Positions 23,326 through 35,779 of a stretch of DNA of 38,560 nt are shown here, piece after piece. The stretch is from Octopus bimaculoides (Eukaryota), in assembly GCF_001194135.2 (NCBI RefSeq), contig NC_068990.1, forward strand, positions 6,602,117 to 6,640,676, written 5' to 3'. Within the stretch, counting starts at the first letter, position 1; each line of letters starts with the position of its first letter. A program made the translations under genes and the position numbers. The notes under the pieces are model-generated. The model was not told where the DNA came from. It ran no database searches and worked only from the letters and a program-made list of their open reading frames with translations.

Positions 23326-25999
23326 AAAGGATGTCACACCCATATGTCCTTTTATTATACTCTCGCACACACATCACTAACACCTTCCACATTGCATTTG
23401 CATTCGCCATTGTCTTTATTCCTTCACACTCTCCCACCCCCTTTCTCTTCCTCACATACACGCTGCCATACCATCCACTTAACAATTATATACACATACC
23501 GTAGAGGCTCCTACTCTATCGCATTTGCATACATCTATACACATGCATAGATTACATCAACACCCGCCACTCCCCACTATGTTCGCTGCCAGTCACAGAT
23601 ACTGGCATTTACGTATTCACCCCTTCTTTTCCAATTCACCTCCATTGAATAGTATCATCACCTGGTTTCAAACTCTTCACCCGTTATTTTCACTGATTGT
23701 CTCAGTCTCTCACTCCCTCTATGCTTCTCCGTTTCTTACTTCTCATGAAGAACAAACACTTTCTTTTTCCATTAAAGAATTACTTTATTTCTCAAACCTT
23801 TTATTTATCTCCTTTTTACGCATCATTATATTTACACAACACACACACACATAAGCAAACACACACATACATGAAAGCACACACACACACACATATGCAT
23901 GTATATGTGTAAATTTGTATATATGTATGCTAACATCTATATAATGTATGCGTATGTGTGTATGGACGGATGATGGTATTGAAGAAAGAATTAGGTTTAC
24001 AGTAGTCTTGTTGTATAAGAACAGAATGCATGAATTATTTTGGTGAATACAAGACTTTAGAAGCAAAAATTAAGTGGATTTTATACTAACAAATCAACTT
24101 TACCCATCCGAGTCAAAACTGATTTCCTCATGTAAAATAGTTATTCTTTGGAAATTGGTTTTCATGGTTTACCAGAACGGTACCGTTACTTCATTGTTTC
24201 ATAAATTTGTTTATTTAGCCAGATTATTTCGGATACATCTTTTGCCACAGTTTAAAGAAGCATTATTTATTGAATTTGAGTCATTTCTTTTCTTTTGTTT
24301 CGTTTGCATCAAATTCTTCATCTCTCTTCATTTTATTAGTTGTTATTTATCAAATTCTGTTCTTATTTTGAATTTCTGTTTTGTGATATTTTATTCAATT
24401 TCTGCATTTTTCTTTTGTAACCCTAGTTTCTTTATATATTGAATATCTGATATCATTTTACGTTTTACTTTTGAATTTTATTCATGGCATTATTTCTTTC
24501 ACTCATTCATAATACATTTTTCTTTCTCAATCTCTTTTTTTGACATTATTTCTTGCATTAGTAATTTCTGATATGTTTGATTTAAATATTTTCCAAACGA
24601 CAATTGCAACTAATCGTTATCTTCTGCTAGATAAGAAAAGAGAAACATTATTTCCAAATAAACCAAAGACATGATAAGAGACCCAAATATTGCTCGGCAC
24701 GAAAACGTGTTCTCATAGTTTGGATTGTTTATTTCATAAGATCATTGTTACTTCATATGCAGTCGGAAGAAAGCCAAACGTTTGATAGATAACCTTACTC
24801 ACTAGACATCGAAAAGCTCTATTCTTTTTTTCTTATTCTACCCTACTGGATTAGATTCTGAATTTGCTGTCTCTGCTGCAACTTTACTCGAAACTAATCT
24901 TTTGTAAACATATATTTATTCCTTACCACCCATGTTTCTTTTGCCCTTTTAACAAATCTCGTGATAAAAATAACCAATTGTTATTCCTTTTCCCACAATA
25001 CGGCTAAATTGTTTTACTTTCCGTGTATTCCAACCGCAGACTAAAGGTCAACTCCATATTAAATTCGCCATTGTTATTCATAATGATTTCTTACATTAGC
25101 AGAATATCGGTACATTGTAGGATTTATATAACGACTTGTCTTTTAATTAAATCTCAAATGATGAAAACTTTAAGCCTGTCATGAAAAACAGAACAATTTA
25201 GAAAATAAAAAGGCGTAGTTGAATATTGTAAAATGTCTTATCTTTTTTGTTGCTTCTTTGTTTGATCTCAATCACTGTTTTAGTGAAAAAATCTTAGAGG
25301 CATTGATTTCGAATCTAATCAAATGGTTTAAGGAATTCATATATGTATATATCATGTTCAATCTAATGCCTCTGTCGTTCAAGGTTGACCACGTATTTGC
25401 ACCTGGAAGTTTATTCTCCCGAATAAAGTCTTCATGCAGCAAGTTTTCCATCTCCATGCCACCGATGTTGTGCAAAGGAAAGGCAAGACATTATACGGCT
25501 TAGCAACCATGACGTCGCAGGCTAATTCAAAGCTTAAAGAAATAAAAAAATATACATAAGAGGATTTGGCCAAACATTCTAACAGTCCTGGAGTGACACT
25601 TTATTTATTCAACCCAGGAAAAACGAAATGAAAATGTGACCTATGTAGGGTTTGAAAACAGAACTCTAATGACCCCATTAATCTACCACCTCTTTGCTCA
25701 AATAGGATAGTCAGCAATATAACCAAGAGAATATACTGCGTGAAAAGAGGAGTAACTTACCAATCAGATCACAAGATATCCCTGAAACAATACCAAGACA
25801 CGACGGATATTGTGAGAAAGTTTGGAAAAAAGTTTTTTCATTACCCTCACCTTCATTCGAGAATGAAAAGAAATATGAGACCAAATTTATCCAAAAGAAC
25901 ACCGGCTGATAGACCAGACTTAACCAAATAGTGTTTAACAAAACATCCACATTGACATAGGTTATTAATTTAGATACGCAAGATTACGAAAGATTAAAT

Positions 26000-28900
26000 T
26001 CTTTTGCAGAAAACTGTCAAACTCACAGATTCAGCCCATCTTATTCAGACATATCTCTTTTGTTTAGCAAAAGAAAACAGCAAGTACTTCCAAACAATAT
26101 ACGTTACATGAACTTCCACAAAAGTGCATGAGATACTCAGGATTTTCTCTTCCGTCAGCTCTGTCGTTCTTTACTGCAGCCTTGTTGAATCTGAGAAAAT
26201 ATCCACAGCTTTAAAAAAGACAATTTCAGAAGAGAAAATGAATGCATTATGGAGTACAAGATATCTCCGATCATATACAGTAGCATTCATATACATTCTC
26301 AGTAAAAACAATGTGCAATTTAAATAATATCTCCCAGGGACTTCACTATGATTAATACCAATATCGGTACAGGCAACACAATTCATTCTACATGATCTTA
26401 GGAACATTCTAAAGACTACATAAAGCAGTTTCTACAATCAAAATGTTACTAAGCTCCAAAGACATTACGGAAGCAATTCTTTCTTATGCCATGCCAGTTT
26501 CTTATTACTTCAGGAACAAGGAAATATTGCAAAGTAACGGCCTCATCTGCCATAATTGCTTTGCTGCTTCCAGACGGTACAACAGCTCATTTAGATCTCT
26601 CCCTTTCTTTTCATTCAGTTTCTGAAGCAGATAAACTTTAAAGATTCCCACAAGAGATGCATGGAAGGTAAGACCATAGTGTAATAGCTCAGGAGTGTAA
26701 GAAATGATCTCAACGTGTTAACATCTAATGGAACTAGGATTTTGAGAATTGCTTATACGTTTGCTGGATTTGGTTTACAACCGTCTTTGTTTATAATAAA
26801 ACCAAATCATTTCATTATACCATAGAATATAGCATTTGTTCTCTTCTACGTTTAAACCAAATAAATTCATTTTATGGAGAAGAATATCCAATCGATGAAA
26901 TAATACTTTATTCGTTGAACCAGTCGCTATAATATCATCCAGATAAACTAAAACTCCAGATATGTCTGCAATCATTGTATCCATTACTTGTTGTAATATA
27001 GTTGGAGCCATTTTAATTCCGAATGGCAATCATTGATATTGATAAAGACCTCCGTGAGTATTAATTGTCATCAGTTGCTTTGAATTATCATCAATTACAG
27101 TTTGTAAGTCAGCATCAAGCAAATCGATTTTTGCGAAGAAATGACCACCACTAAGCATGCTGAAAATGTCTTCAGGAAAAGGTAGAAGGTTGGAGGGGGT
27201 CTTCTAAGGATTTATTTGATCGAGTCGAAAGATCTGCACAAAAGCTAATAGAAACATTTTCTTTATTAACCACCACTATTGGTACTGCCCAGATTGAATT
27301 GTTAAGTGGCTTTATTACGTCTAATTGTACAAGACACTCAATTTGTCCACCTGAGATTGAACTGCATATAGAACTGGTCTGCGAGGCCTAAATACTAGCT
27401 TTGAATCAAGCTTTAGCGACAAACTTGCTTTGTATAACTGACAACGCTCCAACAAATCTTTGAAAACTGGTGGATATTTTTCTTTCAGTAAATTAGTAAA
27501 AGAGTCAAATGATGCCATTTGGAATGAACTATTGATAGAAGTGTTTGAAAGTAAGCAAATAGACTTCAATGGTTTACTACAGAAGTCGAGTTCAGTAATT
27601 CAATCTAAACCAAGTAAATCTAAGTCATGTCGGTGTGTCAAATAACAAGTTCTACTGAAAATATTTGAATGAAACCCTACTTTATACTTAATCGTGCCGA
27701 TAAGTTTTAAATTACCCCTTGATATATTGTTAACTTATTCTGTCTAAACTATCTGTTGCCTCAAAGTTTTGCGAGAAATCAACATGATGCTGGTATAAAG
27801 GGCGTATCCTTTATTGAAACAATTAAATACGTGCGGTGTTTTTGAGAATCCACTTTAACAATTGATATAAATATTACTAACTTTATAAATATAAATATAA
27901 ATTGATACAAATATTACTAACTTTATAAATATAAATATAAATTGATACAAATATTACTAACTTTATAAATATAAATATAAATTGATATAAATATTACTAA
28001 CTTTATAAATATAAATATAAATTGATATAAATATTACTAACTTTATAAATATAAATATAAATTGATACANNNNNNNNNNCAATTGATATAAATATTACTA
28101 ACTTTATAAATATAAATATAAATTGATACAAATATTACTAACTTTATAAATATAAATATAAATTGATACAAATATTACTAACTTTATAAATATAAATATA
28201 AATTGATATAAATATTACTAACTTTATTTCTTGGTTTGTAAGGAGCCGAGAACTTGAGAAGATACCCTTTGATTTCTTCCCTTCAATGATTAGGCAAACA
28301 AAACCCTTCCTTATGATCGAACTTGTGGCATAATAGATACTTGTGTTGCTTGTAGAAGCAAAACTTTTCATATCTTCTACGGCAAAATCAGAATTGCTGA
28401 AGGGAACTTGCATTTATTTTTTGTCAATAAGTAATGGTTTAGGATTAGTTTTCATTTAATTTACTGACTTGTGTTAATTTTTCCCTCGTTTCAATCATCT
28501 TCGTGTGTGCTTCAAGCTTTTTAACTTTGGCACTCTTCACTGACTTACTGTACAGTTATTTCTGGTCGTAGTTGTAATTGTGATATCAGTTTTGTACAAA
28601 TGTCTGCATTCGATGAAGATTGCAGATCAGCTACGAAGATTAAAAAATTTAAACTAATTTTGAGTTATAGAATTCAAATTGAAACGTTCACATTCGTTAG
28701 TTACTCAACCTGCATAGCTGACAAAATCGTCCTCTCTGGACTTGATAGTTTTAAAACTGTTCTGTCTAATGCTAATATCTCGAAGATTATTCGGCAGTAT
28801 ATAGTTGATATATTTATTGTGTTCATTAATTCTGAACTTGGTTAATAGTAATCTGACATTTGCTTGATCGTCAAGATTCGAACAGTCAACGCGAAAAGTA

Positions 28901-29115
28901 TCTTCAAAACACGTAAACTAGGAATCAAATGTAATATCAGCAACCAGGGTGACAATAAATTCTTTAATGGAACTTGAAGCTGCCTGACATTTGTCACTTT
29001 TTCAATTGATAGATAACTTTTGAGTTCATAATTCAACAAGGTTAAACTTTGCCGCCTGAAATTGTTTCTTCTGACGTTCGAGAAGCATTCCCATTTGCTC
29101 CAAAGAGATGGCCAT
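26000..29115 (-). mobile_element. Decayed Ty3/Gypsy LTR retrotransposon (K02A2.6-like): gag, zinc knuckle, protease, RT, RNase H/integrase traces
   Basis: gag starts at ATG 29115 (MAISLEQ..FEDTFRVDCSNLDDQANVRLLL..YINYILP..ECERF). Further motifs are CHKFDHKEGFC, CYLTHRHDLDLLGLD, VFRPRRPV, WAVPIVVV, FAKIDL, LPFGIKMAP and YLDD (26945-26934). Many stops and frameshifts. Confidence 0.9.
27859..28226. repeat. 40-bp AT-rich minisatellite inside the Gypsy element
   Basis: Unit attgatayaaatattactaactttataaatataaatataa: five full units before a 10-N gap and about 3.6 after. Confidence 0.95.
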
Positions 29116-29174
29116 TTTATCTCTTAACCCCATCACCACTCTTGCAACTGTAATTGTTAATGTAATTTGAACTC

Positions 29175-29211
29175 GAGTACTAGAGTACTAGAGTACTAGA
29201 GTACTAGAGTA
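29175..29211. repeat. (GAGTACTA)4.6 octamer repeat upstream of gag
   Basis: Visible tract, bracketed by tgtaatt/aattaca. Confidence 0.9.
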
Positions 29212-29849
29212 GGAATTACAACCCCACTAGATTCTAGCGAAGAAAAAAGAAACCGACACTAGTTTTACTTGGATAAGGGTTGTATTATAACAATAGGCAC
29301 AAACAAAACTGTCCGTTAGACAAAAACCCGAGCGACAACACACACATGGGATGCGACAGGTTGAACGTTACGTTCACGTGCTAAACATCTACCTGTCGTC
29401 TTATCTCAAACATTTATCTTGCTTCTTTATGTTGTGATTTGAAATGCTGTCAGTGTTAAATTCGCCCTTCATCAAACAATAGTCGATGAAACCACTAAAA
29501 TTCAACATTGGATTAAAACGAACATATCTCAACATATCAGTAAAAAAAAAAAAAAAAGAGAAATGACACGCATTACAATATTTCGAAGTTTATGTTTTAG
29601 CGATGAAGCTAGTTTTTATCAAAAAAGTGAAATACTGTTTAGCGACTCTTCATGGACCCTTACAAAGGTCTATAATTTAAGCAGACGAGAGAGAAAATCT
29701 TCCCCTGGAAAGGAGACGACTGTATTGCAGACACCGCACTCTTTGGTGAAGAATGGAATGACTTATGTAAGTTAACTAATTACTTGTTAATTCTGACAGT
29801 AGCAGTGATAACATCATATAGTCTTCACTCAGAACTAAATGAATTCAGT

Positions 29850-30700
29850 TGTCGGAAGTTTAGTGTCGTGGGCATGTAGCATATCAATCACTGACTTCTA
29901 TACTCTCCATTACTCTATCAAGCTTGTTCTGCGCACGCTTTGGAATAATGAATGTCAAATAAACTAGGTCTGCTTTGAATAAGCTATTTGTTTCTTATGG
30001 GCCTTCTTCCAAAGTGTCTATATTCTAAATGTATTGTTAGCAATAGAATTAATAACACTGAGTAATCATTGTAAACAAGAGTCACGCATACTTTATCTCC
30101 TTTCAACACAATCTCATTAAGTAAGAGAGAGAAGTCTTTCCAATAGAATATAATTACATTTCTTTTCCTATTTAGTTCAATTATTGAATACGCCATCTAA
30201 ATTATGGACACTTACCTTTGATGGTTTCTGAAGGACAGCTGGACCAATGCAGTACTATCTTTGTTTCATTATTAGATTTCCATTCAATTTCTCTTGATTT
30301 ATATTGATGATATTTAAGAGAATTGCACATCATGATTCTGTTTAATTTTCTATAATATAATTATCTCATTGAACAACATCATGTCTGCCGAAGTTTGTTT
30401 GGTGATCGTTAAATTTATCTTATTATTTCTTAAAATAAGCTGAGTTGGTAGACTGATAATTATTCTAGCCTAGATCCACTACATCTCATTTCTGTACTAA
30501 TTTGCCTCTCATTTGAGTCGCTAAAATGCATGCTCTGTGTGGATTTGCGTCTTCCAAATCTTGTACCATTGTTAAAAATTATTTTCCTTATGTTGGTCCC
30601 TTACAGTGAGCTAAATTGTCATAGTAAGCTGCTCTACGAAGTAAGTTTTGAACCCCATTTGTACATTGACAATAAACAATACCTATTCCATTTTGTCCAT
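29850..30700 (-). mobile_element. Second, highly decayed Gypsy pol fragment (RNase H / integrase zinc-binding region)
   Basis: FYWKDFSLLLNEIVLKGDKV (YW..RDEL..G.VLKG.R), HLEYRHFG and YATCP are in integrase order. Upstream TEH resembles the RNase H TDH motif. Confidence 0.5.
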
Positions 30701-31228
30701 CCTGAAGTCAATTAACAGATACGAGAAATTACGAATTATCAAGCAGAAACAACAGCTATGTTATATTTAAGCGTGTTTTTTCTCCTGCTATTAGAATCAA
30801 TATTTTGACGCTACCAATGTTAGGGCTTCTGTTGAGTTTTCAAAATGGTAGCATCTAAAATACTTGAAACAGCAAATCAGACACTGAAAAGAATCTTATC
30901 GAATACTCTACATCTTATAACAACCGAACAAGTAAACAAGTGCGAGGTTTCTTATGACAATAATTGACATCGATAATTTCCTTTTTACAGAGGCAGGGTA
31001 TATAATCAATTCAGTCAAGTGGAACATGCTTAGTTTTCCTTTTTAAAGACTCGGGCTGTTTGAAGTGCAAAGCAAAACGACACTCTGAATACATCAAAGA
31101 ATTTATTCCAATATCTTAGAGTACTTTGCCAACAATAATGCAAATTAATACTATATAAGGGAATAATATATGTTATATATTTAGATACGTGTGTATACAT
31201 ACACATTCCATTTCCATACGCATACACA

Positions 31229-31981
31229 TTTTAGCTCATGTTTACTGCAGTGCTTAGAAGAACCGTGGGTAGTATGTGATCGTCTCATTGGCCGTGACAG
31301 ACAAAGTTGTGATGGCGATACCTACTTAGAGGCCTACGCGAAGTTGCAGAAAGTGTATGGAGAGGAGCCGCACACAAGTCTATGAGTTATTCAGACGTTT
31401 TCAAGTAGGCCGAAAAAATGTCGATATTGACGAACGTTCTGGGAGACCCGCAACCACCAGAAGTGAGAAAAATATTGTAGATATGCGTGCAGCTGTGAAG
31501 GGAAACCGTCGAATCATCATCCGTGAGTTATCAGAAAATGTGCAGATTAGTTACTGTTCAGTTCAGTCCATAATCACTAAAGATTTGGGTATGAAACGTA
31601 TATCTACTATGTTTGTGCCAAAACTGCTTTCAGCTGACCAAACACACTCCGGTTCCAGTTGTACAAGATCTCCTTGATTGTGTCAAGAACGATGAAAACA
31701 TTTTGAAAACTTTGCGTAGGTCTCTGAGCAGGTATCGCCAAGTATTTGGCAACATTTGATGCAGATTCTCTGCTGAACTTTGTCATGGTCAGCGCGGCGA
31801 TCACACGCTACACATCTTTCTTCCAAACACTGCTGTAAACAGCGGAAGTGAGCTGGAACGTTGAAACATAGTGCTCATGCACAGCAGAGTCTACGATCAA
31901 TCTGTGCCAAGCGACTTCACTCTGCGTGCTTTAGCTTCGTTACTATAGCAACAGTCTAGATACTTATTAATCATGTCAGTG
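31229..31981 (+). mobile_element. Second copy of the fold-back mariner, left arm truncated
   Basis: TQVYELFRRFQVGRKNVDIDERSGRP..RRIIIRELSE..DLGMKRIST.FVPKLLSADQ. Same junction to the inverted 5' end as 18556-19408; right TIR followed by TA. Confidence 0.9.
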
Positions 31982-32627
31982 TATATATATATATATATGT
32001 CTGTGTATGTATGCATGTATGCATGTATGTATGTATGTATGCATGAATATGTGTTTGTTTCTATCTGTCTTTCTGTCTGTACATTCTCTGTGTACATTTG
32101 CTTCTGCGTATCTATATAAGCTAGAAACCGCGAATGGAGAATCCCATTATTGGTATAGAAATATTCACTGTACTTCGAATCGATTGTATTTGGAGAATAC
32201 GAATCAGTTTGCTTTCTTCATTCCAGGCTTTTACGCAGGTCTAGTGTTACATAGCCCAGTGCACCTAAAGTAATGAGAACAACTGTAAATCTATAGCCTG
32301 GATATTAGTTCTCCAAAAATGTTTTCCTCTCGACCAATTTTTGAGAACCACATCCGCCGGACAGCTGATCTCTACAACAGTGCATGACTTTTGTTCCTTG
32401 TTTCATTGAACAATATCTGACCAATTGCGACGACACTGATCCGTATGTATGTATGTATGTATGTATGTATGTATGTATGTATGTATGTATGTATGTATGT
32501 ACGTACGTACATATGTATGTGTTGTTTATGTGTGTGTACGAATGTATGTGTATGCAGGTTTGTGTGTATGTATTTCTGTGTGTGTATATATATATGTACG
32601 TATATATGCAAGTATGTATGTATAGTT

Positions 32628-32663
<36 letters not shown>

Positions 32664-32763
32664 NNNNNNNNNNNNNNNNNNNNNNNNNNNNNNNNNNNNN
32701 NNNNNNNNNNNNNNNNNNNNNNNNNNNNNNNNNNNNNNNNNNNNNNNNNNNNNNNNNNNNNNN

Positions 32764-33407
32764 GCAGACATCTCCGACCTGTCCAAGATGCGGGCAGGAT
32801 AGGGAAACCGTCCCGCACGCTTTTGTACGGTGTCCGGAGATTTCTGAGATGTGAGTTTACGTGAAACACTAGTGTCAAGTGAGGGAAGAGTACAGTTGTC
32901 GGCCGAGTTATCAAACGAAGGTAAGAAATGTTTCCTCATTACAATAGCAGTAGCGAAATAGGTAGTGTGGAAGACTAGAACAGAAGGAATCAAGACAGGC
33001 ACTTTTATCTCCAGCCAAAATATGGTAAGATATTTTTCTTTTCATTTGAAAAGAAAGATACGGCTGGAGAGAAAGTGCTTGTCGGAGAAAGTGTTTCGAT
33101 CTAGATGGAAGCATGTCGCACGAGAGTTGCGAGTGAAAGAGAACAATTGAATACGCCATAAGTGTCTTCAAAAGTGTCAGTGGTGGGATGGGGCTCGTGG
33201 GGTCGGAGCGAAACCCAGTCCCCCACTTCATTGTTCTGTGTTGGTTTTTGTTTTTGTATACCATTCGATTTAAACCGATTTTCATTGTAATTTTTAATTG
33301 CTAAATTTCTATTTTACGTCGATTTTATTGTGTAACCATATTTTTATTTGACCCGAAATCAGATGTATTGTCCCTTCTATGTTTCGCCCCTTGTGGGTAA
33401 TAAAGAG
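32764..33407 (+). mobile_element. Tx1/L1-type retrotransposon unit A: ORF2 C-terminus and 3' UTR
   Basis: CPRCGQDRETVPHAFVRC (CX2CX8HX4C of L1-clade ORF2), then ..RWKHVARELRVKENN* (stop 33150), G-rich stem-loop and AATAAA at 33399-33404. Confidence 0.85.
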
Positions 33408-33535
33408 ATTGCAGGTCTTGAAATCGATGAATGTCGAAATATTTGCAGTGGACGTCTTTTCAATAGTGTGGATTTTACCCTACAAGTGGAATATTTTTGA
33501 TTTTGACTGTGTTATTGTGTTGCTAACATTAATTA

Positions 33536-34279
33536 CTCTTTTACTCTTTTACTTGTTTCAGTCATTTGACTGCGGCCATGCTGGAGCACCGCCTTTAGTC
33601 GAGCAAATCGACCCCAGGACTTATTCTTTGGAAGCCTAGTACTTATTCTATCGGTCTCTTTTGCCGAACCGCTAAGTTACGGGGACGTAAACACACCAGC
33701 ATCGGTTTTCAAGCGATGTTGGGGACAAACACAGACACACAAACATATACACACACACACACGCACACACACACACACACACACNNNNNNNNNNNNNNNN
33801 NNNNNNNNNNNNNNNNNNNNNNNNNNNNNNNNNNNNNNNNNNNNNNNNNNNNNNNNNNNNNNNNNNNNNNNNNNNNNNNNNNNNNNNNNNNNNNNNNNNN
33901 NNNNNNNNNNNNNNNNNNNNNNNNNNNNNNNNNNNNNNNNNNNNNNNNNNNNNNNNNNNNNNNNNNNNNNNNNNNNNNNNNNNNNNNNNNNNNNNNNNNN
34001 NNNNNNNNNNNNNNNNNNNNNNNNNNNNNNNNNNNNNNNNNNNNNNNNNNNNNNNNNNNNNNNNNNNNNNNNNNNNNNNNNNNNNNNNNNNNNNNNNNAT
34101 ATATATACATATATACGACGGGCTTCTTTCAGTTTCCGTCTACCAAATCCACTCACAAGGCTTTGGTCGGTCCGAGGCTATAGTAGAAGACACTTGCCCA
34201 AGATGCCACGCAGTGAGAATGAACCCGGAACCATGTGGTTGGTAAACAAGCTACTTACCACACAGCCATTTCTGCGCTT
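33536..34279 (-). mobile_element. Full-length tRNA-derived SINE with internal microsatellite/gap, inserted in the 5' UTR of unit B
   Basis: Head at 34279 (tggctgtgtggt A-box-like, ggttcattctc B-box-like), central CA/TA tract and (TAAAAGAG)n tail. Candidate TSD is TAATTA at 33530-33535 and 34281-34286. Confidence 0.85.
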
Positions 34280-34371
34280 ATAATTATTAACTTTTGAAAA
34301 AAAAAGGAAAAAATTTCTTGTTACAGTTGGTGAAACCGGCAACGGTTTCCCCGTGTAGCGAAACCTACACG

Positions 34372-35283
34372 ATGGCTGAAACAAGAAATGTCGTTTTTGT
34401 ACAGGAAATTGAAGAAATAAGTGACGAGGATAGACAGCAGATGATTGAAAAAAATTGGCCAGCACTGGCGAAAAGGAATATTGAAGCAGAAAGCCTGAAA
34501 GAGGCAAATGAAAAAGAAAAATCATTGAAAAAGTTGGATTTTGCAGCGGTTGCTGGCGACAAAAAGAGACAGGTCAACATCAGTAATGTCGAAAAGCATA
34601 AACACATGATGAAAAGGGAGGGGCACGGCATTATCGCAACCCCTCCCCAAAGTTTTATGGAAAGAATAGAGAAGGAAACGCTAATATTCAAGATGTACAG
34701 CAAAAAAGAAAAAAGAATAGAGTACGTCTCGGAGGCCCAGATCGAAAGGTACCTGAAACCGATCCTGGAAAAAATTACGTACATCACCAGAGGCAAGCGT
34801 TATGCTACGGTAGAGGTGAGGATGGAGTCAGAGGAAGCTGCCCGACTCCATTCTGCAGAGCTTCTGGGAACGGAAAATGTGGTTCTCCTACCTCTGTACA
34901 TGGGTAGGAGAACATCACAAATAACAATACAGAACATTCCCCCTGAAGTAGACCCAGAGTGGCTAGTCGCCGCAACAACAATGGGCCTGGAAGACAGAAT
35001 TACGATAATGGACGCAACTGTGGTTGAACCAAGACTGCGATACGACCGGGCCCTAAAAATGACAATTCAAGCGGAACAGCCCACACTGGAGAAAATAATC
35101 GAAAGTTTTGAGGTTGGCGGCACACGACTTGTCGTGTCGGTGGAAGGCCGCAAACCTCGCTGCCTCCAGTGTGGCAAGAAGGGTCTCATCAGGGCGAACT
35201 GTAACCAGAAGACAGAGGAAGGAAAGACTAGTCAGGAAAATACAGAAGAGAAAAGGAAGGAAACAAAAGAAAAAAGGAAGTAA
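34372..35283 (+). CDS. Retrotransposon ORF1 (gag-like nucleic-acid-binding protein), 303 aa; C-terminal remainder frameshifted to ~35767
   Basis: Uninterrupted frame from ATG 34372. Contains an RRM-like middle region (YATVEVR, ITIQNIPPEV) and knuckle CLQCGKKGLIRANC at 35161-35202. Confidence 0.75.
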   Translation: MAETRNVVFVQEIEEISDEDRQQMIEKNWPALAKRNIEAESLKEANEKEKSLKKLDFAAVAGDKKRQVNISNVEKHKHMMKREGHGIIATPPQSFMERIEKETLIFKMYSKKEKRIEYVSEAQIERYLKPILEKITYITRGKRYATVEVRMESEEAARLHSAELLGTENVVLLPLYMGRRTSQITIQNIPPEVDPEWLVAATTMGLEDRITIMDATVVEPRLRYDRALKMTIQAEQPTLEKIIESFEVGGTRLVVSVEGRKPRCLQCGKKGLIRANCNQKTEEGKTSQENTEEKRKETKEKRK

Positions 35284-35779
35284 ACAGAAGAAAAAAAGGA
35301 AGGATCCAGAAGTTGTAGATGAAGAACAGGAAACGGAAAGGGATCAAACTCCAGTGCCAGTGGAAAAGGTTGGAGAGGGTTGGACTACTGTGTCCAACAA
35401 AGAAAGTTAAAACAACCCTCCTCAAGCAAAAAGACAAGCAAAAAGAAAAAAAAAACTAAAAAATGTGAATCAAAAGAAAAAGACAGTGTTTACATGGTGG
35501 TTCGAACCTCAAACAGTGAGCTGATGTACCACCTGGCATCGATGGATAAAAGAAAAATAGAAAAAAATAGAAGTAAAAAAGGGCAGAGCCGTCTATAAAA
35601 CAACTAGAAATATTTTTAACATACTCAGCAATACCTATAGAAGGGATGTCGGGCTCCCAAGATTAGACTACGTGCCAACTATGGCGGAGAACTTTATTCC
35701 TCCGACTCCACAAGCCTCAGATAGAGTGGAAAAGGCGGGGGTTTCTCCCCCGCTAGACACCAACTAAGGTAAGACACTT

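Noticed and set aside
25230-25500. Minus-strand ORF 25272..25475 as host exon or hAT transposase remnant (TWST.., FLKPF)
   Set aside because: The motifs are short and in different frames, which is insufficient to call either.
29251-29411. Candidate Gypsy 5' LTR (TG..CA, ~130 bp) and decayed PBS (tagtgtcgg)
   Set aside because: No matching second LTR is visible downstream of pol, and the PBS needs two assumed mutations.
29563-29775. LCFSDEASF, like the first catalytic Asp of Tc1/rosa transposases
   Set aside because: An isolated motif with no TIR or neighbouring transposase motifs.
33408-33460. attgcagg..atcga..tcgaa resembles 5.8S rRNA, or a U2 snRNA target
   Set aside because: Similarity is limited to 7-8 nt, is not shared beyond gcaggtcttga by unit C, and no flanking rRNA or snRNA sequence is present.
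34330-34380. Type II hammerhead ribozyme reading of the twin hairpins (GAAAC-stem-GUU)
   Set aside because: No CUGANGA follows the second helix (gatgg in B, ttgacgg in C), and five unpaired bases separate the would-be cleavage site from stem I.
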